Positions 15,962 through 20,000 of a stretch of 20,000 bases of DNA are shown in pieces. The stretch comes from an uncultured virus (IMG/VR IMGVR_UViG_3300044213_000175) (Duplodnaviria; Heunggongvirae; Uroviricota; Caudoviricetes): the IMG/VR virus record IMGVR_UViG_3300044213_000175; one strand, written 5' to 3'. A program made the position numbers and the translations under genes. Numbering within the stretch: position 1 is the first letter of the stretch; each line of letters begins with the position of its first letter. Under the pieces are notes generated by a model. That model did no database searches, was not told where the DNA came from, and was given only the letters and a program-made list of their open reading frames with translations.

Positions 15962-16885
15962 ATGTCTATGTATAACGAAAAGCTCGTGGCGAGCGTAAAA
16001 GCCAATGGAAAAATTCTCCGCGAATTTAAAGACAAAATATTCTGCCCCTTCGGCCAAGAATACTCGATCCTATTAAAAAACCTCAACTCAGTTCGAGCCG
16101 TTGTGAATGTTTTCATCGATGGCGAGAATGCCGTTCCTGGCAGATTGGTCATAGACCCGGGTCGGAGTGTCGACTTAGAGCGTTGGATTAAGAACGGCAA
16201 CCTTACAGAAGGGAACCGCTTTCGATTCATTGAGCGTACTGCTAAAATTGAAGAAGGCCCTCGTGGTATCAAAGAAGAGGACGGTCTAATCCGTGTGGAG
16301 TATCAGTTCGAACTTCCTCGCTCTGTGTTCAATATTAACCAAATCATTGGCGGTAGTTTCCCACACTATCCACCAGGTGTTCGTTCAAGCGAATATAAAG
16401 GCGTAGTTGACAAGTACAGCGACAGTGAAACAACTGGCGGTTGGATACGATCCAGTGGTGCCACTTACAGCCAAGTAAATGTCAACGGTGCCCTGCGTGG
16501 TGTTGACTATAGTGCCAACGGTGAGGCAACTGCCAGTGCTGCCAGTGCCGCAATCAACAACTACTGTGCCCAAAACAATATCAGTTCTAACACTGAGTGG
16601 CACGAAGGTTCTGCTACAATGGATTGGTGTTCTACTAACGATGTAGGTATTACTGTGCCGGGTAGTAAGAGCGAACAGAAGTTCCAAAATACCACAGTGG
16701 GCGCACTTGATCCTACCAAGCACACTATTGTGCTACACATTGTAGGTGACCTTGGACATAACAAACCTGTCCAAAAACCAGTTACTGTAGCCCATAAACC
16801 CGAGTGTGTGACCTGTGGGAAAAAGAACAAGGCTACTGCTCGTTTCTGTCAAGAATGTGGTACAGCATTAGAAATATTCGCATAA
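15962..16885 (+). CDS. Hypothetical protein with a beta-rich N-terminal domain and C-terminal zinc ribbon
   Basis: 307 aa; AAGGAG RBS; CVTCGKKN...FCQECG. Confidence 0.8.
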   Translation: MSMYNEKLVASVKANGKILREFKDKIFCPFGQEYSILLKNLNSVRAVVNVFIDGENAVPGRLVIDPGRSVDLERWIKNGNLTEGNRFRFIERTAKIEEGPRGIKEEDGLIRVEYQFELPRSVFNINQIIGGSFPHYPPGVRSSEYKGVVDKYSDSETTGGWIRSSGATYSQVNVNGALRGVDYSANGEATASAASAAINNYCAQNNISSNTEWHEGSATMDWCSTNDVGITVPGSKSEQKFQNTTVGALDPTKHTIVLHIVGDLGHNKPVQKPVTVAHKPECVTCGKKNKATARFCQECGTALEIFA

Positions 16886-16909
16886 ATATTAGTCAAGGAG
16901 GAACATGCC

Positions 16910-17068
16910 ATGAAACAAAAGAAACTAGTAGCTAAGTTGTACAAGGCCTGCTTCCGACACGATGCAGAGGCAATTATGGAACTTCGTAAAGAAGAATTCC
17001 GTAAGATACTAAAACACCGCGCCGAAGGTAAGCCTTTCAACACACAATGGACGGTGGTTAGGATTTAA
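16910..17068 (+). CDS. Small basic protein, 52 aa (not in ORF track)
   Basis: AGGAGG RBS 8 nt upstream; [18 protein letters not shown]...WTVVRI. Confidence 0.75.
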   Translation: MKQKKLVAKLYKACFRHDAEAIMELRKEEFRKILKHRAEGKPFNTQWTVVRI

Positions 17069-17080
17069 CACAACTGTAAT
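17063..17080 (+). promoter_or_regulatory. Possible Pho (PhoB) box
   Basis: ATTTAAC-ACAA-CTGTAAT, half-sites 11 bp apart; the second matches CTGTCAT at 6/7, the first is degenerate; lies upstream of the plcP-like gene. Confidence 0.35.
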
Positions 17081-17112
17081 CTTAACAACACAATACTGCG
17101 ATAAATATTGGT

Positions 17113-17892
17113 ATGACGCCAAAAACTTATCGCAGTATTTTTGTGAGTGATCTACATCTTGGAACGAGAGATTCACAAGCGGCCAAGCTCAATAACTTTC
17201 TCAAACACAATACATGCGAAACCCTATATCTTGTGGGGGATATAATCGATGCGTGGAAAATTCAACAGAACAAATGGCGATGGAAACAAAGCCACACTAA
17301 CGTGGTCCGTAGGGTTCTCGGTCACGCTAAACGTGGAACTCGCGTTGTCTATATAGCGGGCAATCATGACGAGTTCCTGCGTCCCATGATCCCCTATGGA
17401 TTTAGTTTTGGACTTGTTGAAATACATAACCAAACTGAACATATTGGCGCAGACGGTAAACACTATCTTGTCACACATGGTGATCTATTTGATGGTATTA
17501 CTAGACTGGCTCCTTGGCTAGCATTCCTTGGCGACAAGTTATACGACTTAGTGCTAGAATGGAACAGCAAGTTTAATTGGCTACGTCATAAACTAGGCTT
17601 TGGTTATTGGAGTCTAAGTAAATATATGAAACATAAAGTTAAGAAAGCAAGTGACTTTATGTTTCAATTTGAAAAGAACATTTCCGCTTATTGTAAAAAA
17701 CGAGGTTTCGATGGTGTAATATGCGGCCACGTTCATAATGCTGAAATTAAAGAGATAGATGGCGTCATTTATATGAATGACGGTGACTGGGTCGAAAGTT
17801 GTACAGCACTTGTAGAACATCACAGCGGCGAATGGGAAATTATTAATTGGACGAAAGAGAGCGATGAAAGTAATTATAATAACCAAAAATGA
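17113..17892 (+). CDS. plcP: Calcineurin-like metallophosphoesterase of the LpxH-like family, most like the phospholipase C PlcP
   Basis: SDLHLG, LVGDIID, GNHDE, HGD.FD, CGHVH and NDGDWVESCTALVEH, plus amphipathic WLAFLGD...GYWSLS; GT4 gene downstream. Confidence 0.7.
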   Translation: MTPKTYRSIFVSDLHLGTRDSQAAKLNNFLKHNTCETLYLVGDIIDAWKIQQNKWRWKQSHTNVVRRVLGHAKRGTRVVYIAGNHDEFLRPMIPYGFSFGLVEIHNQTEHIGADGKHYLVTHGDLFDGITRLAPWLAFLGDKLYDLVLEWNSKFNWLRHKLGFGYWSLSKYMKHKVKKASDFMFQFEKNISAYCKKRGFDGVICGHVHNAEIKEIDGVIYMNDGDWVESCTALVEHHSGEWEIINWTKESDESNYNNQK

Positions 17893-18745
17893 GCGCAACG
17901 AATACGAAACAAATAGACTAATAGAAAGTTTTGCCAACAAAGGCATTACAGCCAAGGCCTGTCATCCCGACGACTTTGATCTTATCGTTGATCACAAAAA
18001 CAAACACGGTGTCAAGTATCAAGGACAGGATATAGAACTACCTGATATTGTGCTGGTAAGATTAGGCGCAGGTATACTGCCCTTCCAACTGGCAGTACTA
18101 AGACATTTTGAACAAATAGGTATACCCTGTATAAACAGCAGTGGCAGTATCAATGTAGTGCGTGATAAACTACGTACAGGACAGATACTGGCCAAACATA
18201 ATTTACCTATCCCTAAGACCATGCTGGTTCGATATCCTATAGATGATGGTCTGGTTGAACAAGAAATAGGATTTCCCTGCGTGATCAAACTGGTCACAGG
18301 TAGTTATGGCGAGGGTGTCTATCTCTGTGAACGCAAGCGTGATTATAGAAAACTTATGGAATTTGTAGATATTCTAGGCGCCAAGAAAACCATGATCGTT
18401 CAAGAGTACATGAACTATAGACCTGGTGAAGACTTGCGTGTTTATGTTGTTGGTGGCCGCGTGCTAGGTGCTATGAAACGTACTGCTCCAGAGGGAGACT
18501 TTAGGGCAAATATAACCAATGGCGGTACTGGTGAGAATTTTCCTTTAGATGATGAAATACGCTATCTAGCATTAGAAACTGCCAAGGTCTTAAATTTAGA
18601 CATAGCGGGTGTTGATCTACTGTTTGATCAAGATAGCTATAAAATCTGCGAAGCCAATTCTAATCCTGGGTTCAAGGGCTTTGAACAATATGTAAATATT
18701 GATGTGGCTGATAAGATCACAGAATATATTAAATTTAAGATCTAA
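17864..18745 (+). CDS. rimK: RimK-family ATP-grasp alpha-L-glutamate ligase
   Basis: DKLRT, PIPKT, GSYGEGV, VQEY, DLRV.VVGG, DFRANI..GG, AGVDLL and EANSNPG. Confidence 0.85.
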   Translation: MKVIIITKNERNEYETNRLIESFANKGITAKACHPDDFDLIVDHKNKHGVKYQGQDIELPDIVLVRLGAGILPFQLAVLRHFEQIGIPCINSSGSINVVRDKLRTGQILAKHNLPIPKTMLVRYPIDDGLVEQEIGFPCVIKLVTGSYGEGVYLCERKRDYRKLMEFVDILGAKKTMIVQEYMNYRPGEDLRVYVVGGRVLGAMKRTAPEGDFRANITNGGTGENFPLDDEIRYLALETAKVLNLDIAGVDLLFDQDSYKICEANSNPGFKGFEQYVNIDVADKITEYIKFKI

Positions 18746-18846
18746 TGAAATATTTTATAATTTCTATGTACGTAATGTGGTTACTCTTGACTATATCCTT
18801 AGCTTTGAAAGAAACAAAGAATGAAAACAATTCTGATCATAAATGA
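18745..18846 (+). CDS. Possible 33-aa hydrophobic peptide (not in ORF track)
   Basis: TAATG overlap; MKYFIISMYVMWLLLTISLALKETKNENNSDHK. Confidence 0.35.
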   Translation: MKYFIISMYVMWLLLTISLALKETKNENNSDHK

Positions 18847-19822
18847 TAATTTACCGGACCAAATTAATGGTGTTGTTACCACTTATAAAAATATTGAAGC
18901 GTGTGCGGCTCGCGATGGTTATAACATTGTGGTGCTTCATCCCGGGCGGTTCCGCTACATTAGTTGCCCTTTCTATAACGAAGTCAAGATTGCCTATCCG
19001 CGGGCGCTGGGCAAGAAGATTGAGGAGATACGTCCGGATCATATCCATATCGCCACAGAGGGTCCTTTGGGTCTGTGGGCTAGAGCATATCTTTCATTGG
19101 ATTCTCATTGGCTTGGGCGTAGGTACAATACTGCATATCATACTAAATTTCCTGAAGGTATAAAAAAGTTATTAGGTGTGCCGGAATGGATAACCTGGCG
19201 CTATGTTCGTTGGTTTCACAAACACGCTGGAAAGGTGTTGACCACAACAGAAACCATGGTACAGGAATTGCGAGATCATGGATTCACAGGACAGGTAATT
19301 CCGTGGACTAGAGGTGTTGATAGAGAGATATTTTCCCCAGCTGACATAGAGCGAACTACTGAGCCAGTGTTGGTTTGTGTAAGCAGAGTCAGCAAGGAAA
19401 AGAATTTAGAAGATTTCTTTCAGCTAGACTATCCAATGGCCCGCAAGATCATGGTAGGCGATGGGCCGATGCGCGAAACTTACGAAAAGCAATATCCTAA
19501 TGTAGAGTTTGTGGGTTTTAAAACTGGCAAAGATTTAGCAGAATATTATCAATTGGCAGATGTTTTTGTATTTCCATCACGATGGGAAACATTTGGCATT
19601 GTCATGATTGAAGCAATGGCCTGTGGCACACCGGTGGCCGCATATCCTTGCCAAGGTCCTAAAGATGTCATTGAACAGGGTGTCACTGGTTTTATGAATG
19701 AAAATCTCAAAAATGCCATTGATGAGTGCTTGCAACTGTCCAGAGATCGTGTCTACAAAGGTAGCCTAAATTGGACATGGGATCGTGCATGGGAAATCTT
19801 TAGAGATAATCTAGTTGAATAA
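18821..19822 (+). CDS. GT4-family glycosyltransferase, Agt-like glycolipid synthase candidate
   Basis: QINGVVTT, IHIATEGPLG, YHTKFPE, WTRGVD, RVSKEKNLE and FPSRWETFGIVMIEAMACGTPVAA. Confidence 0.88.
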   Translation: MKTILIINDNLPDQINGVVTTYKNIEACAARDGYNIVVLHPGRFRYISCPFYNEVKIAYPRALGKKIEEIRPDHIHIATEGPLGLWARAYLSLDSHWLGRRYNTAYHTKFPEGIKKLLGVPEWITWRYVRWFHKHAGKVLTTTETMVQELRDHGFTGQVIPWTRGVDREIFSPADIERTTEPVLVCVSRVSKEKNLEDFFQLDYPMARKIMVGDGPMRETYEKQYPNVEFVGFKTGKDLAEYYQLADVFVFPSRWETFGIVMIEAMACGTPVAAYPCQGPKDVIEQGVTGFMNENLKNAIDECLQLSRDRVYKGSLNWTWDRAWEIFRDNLVE

Positions 19823-19824
19823 AT

Positions 19825-19863
19825 CGGGCACAAGATAAGGTGTCACTGGAACCCGTAACCAGT
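19825..19863 (+). ncRNA. Candidate H-type pseudoknot just after the glycosyltransferase stop
   Basis: CGGG(19825-28)/CCCG(19852-55); ACTGG(19845-49)/CCAGT(19859-63); inner CAC/GTG. Confidence 0.35.
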
Positions 19864-19873
19864 AAATACATAT

Positions 19874-19985
19874 ATGAATGGTCGTATAGCATTATTTTTA
19901 CACCAGCCCTACTGTAGCGTACAAAGCGGCAACAGCATATATGATTCGTGTGTATATCAAAGAACATTTCGGAGTTGACAAATGA
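19874..19985 (+). pseudogene. Probable deletion scar joining two gene remnants
   Basis: 34-codon ORF MNGRIALFLHQPYCSVQSGN... stops at 19978; an overlapping frame reads IKEHFGVDK-stop, matching the 3' end of the 14891/15118 paralogs. Confidence 0.45.
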
Positions 19986-20000
19986 CATTCTACTACAAAA

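Noticed and set aside
673..19988. Minus-strand and nested ORFs in the track
   Set aside because: They lie opposite or inside well-supported + strand genes and have no recognisable motifs. Only 12251-11973 has a good SD and is discussed as a finding.
1..20000. Stop-codon reassignment as seen in some large phages
   Set aside because: Known enzymes are full length under the standard code, and gaps are filled by small ORFs without read-through.
1..20000. tRNA, rRNA, integrase, transposase, intron or intein
   Set aside because: Intergenic gaps are short and show no cloverleaf; no such protein motifs or interrupted genes were seen by eye.

Overview
Densely packed, AT-rich segment with every credible gene on the + strand, many overlapping stop/start junctions and many small hypothetical ORFs. 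It is most consistent with a large tailed dsDNA phage genome (inference; no capsid, polymerase or intact terminase gene is in the window). 1-7.2 kb: accessory metabolic block with the end of an FG-GAP repeat protein, a cupin-like protein, ClpP, an atypical phosphoribosyltransferase, QueD, a DOPA-dioxygenase-family protein, a cupin, a MazG-like pyrophosphatase, QueE and MetK. 7.2-10.2 kb: T4 RNase H-like 5'-3' exonuclease and hypotheticals. 10.2-14.6 kb: early-type region with three sigma70-like promoters, each preceded by a TAATACT-NN-AGTATTA palindrome, driving small genes and a MoxR-type AAA+ ATPase plus a HExxH/VWA partner. 14.6-17.1 kb: small, partly paralogous ORFs and a zinc-ribbon protein. 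17.1-19.8 kb: PlcP/LpxH-like phosphoesterase, RimK-like ligase and GT4 glycosyltransferase behind a possible Pho box. Best leads: a phage-borne plcP-agt-like lipid remodelling module, a preQ1-I-like pseudoknot plus SD-hiding hairpin before queD, an operator/promoter array with an anti-SD-loop hairpin, and a degenerate terminase-ATPase-like fragment. All assignments come from motif recognition by eye; no searches or folding calculations were run.
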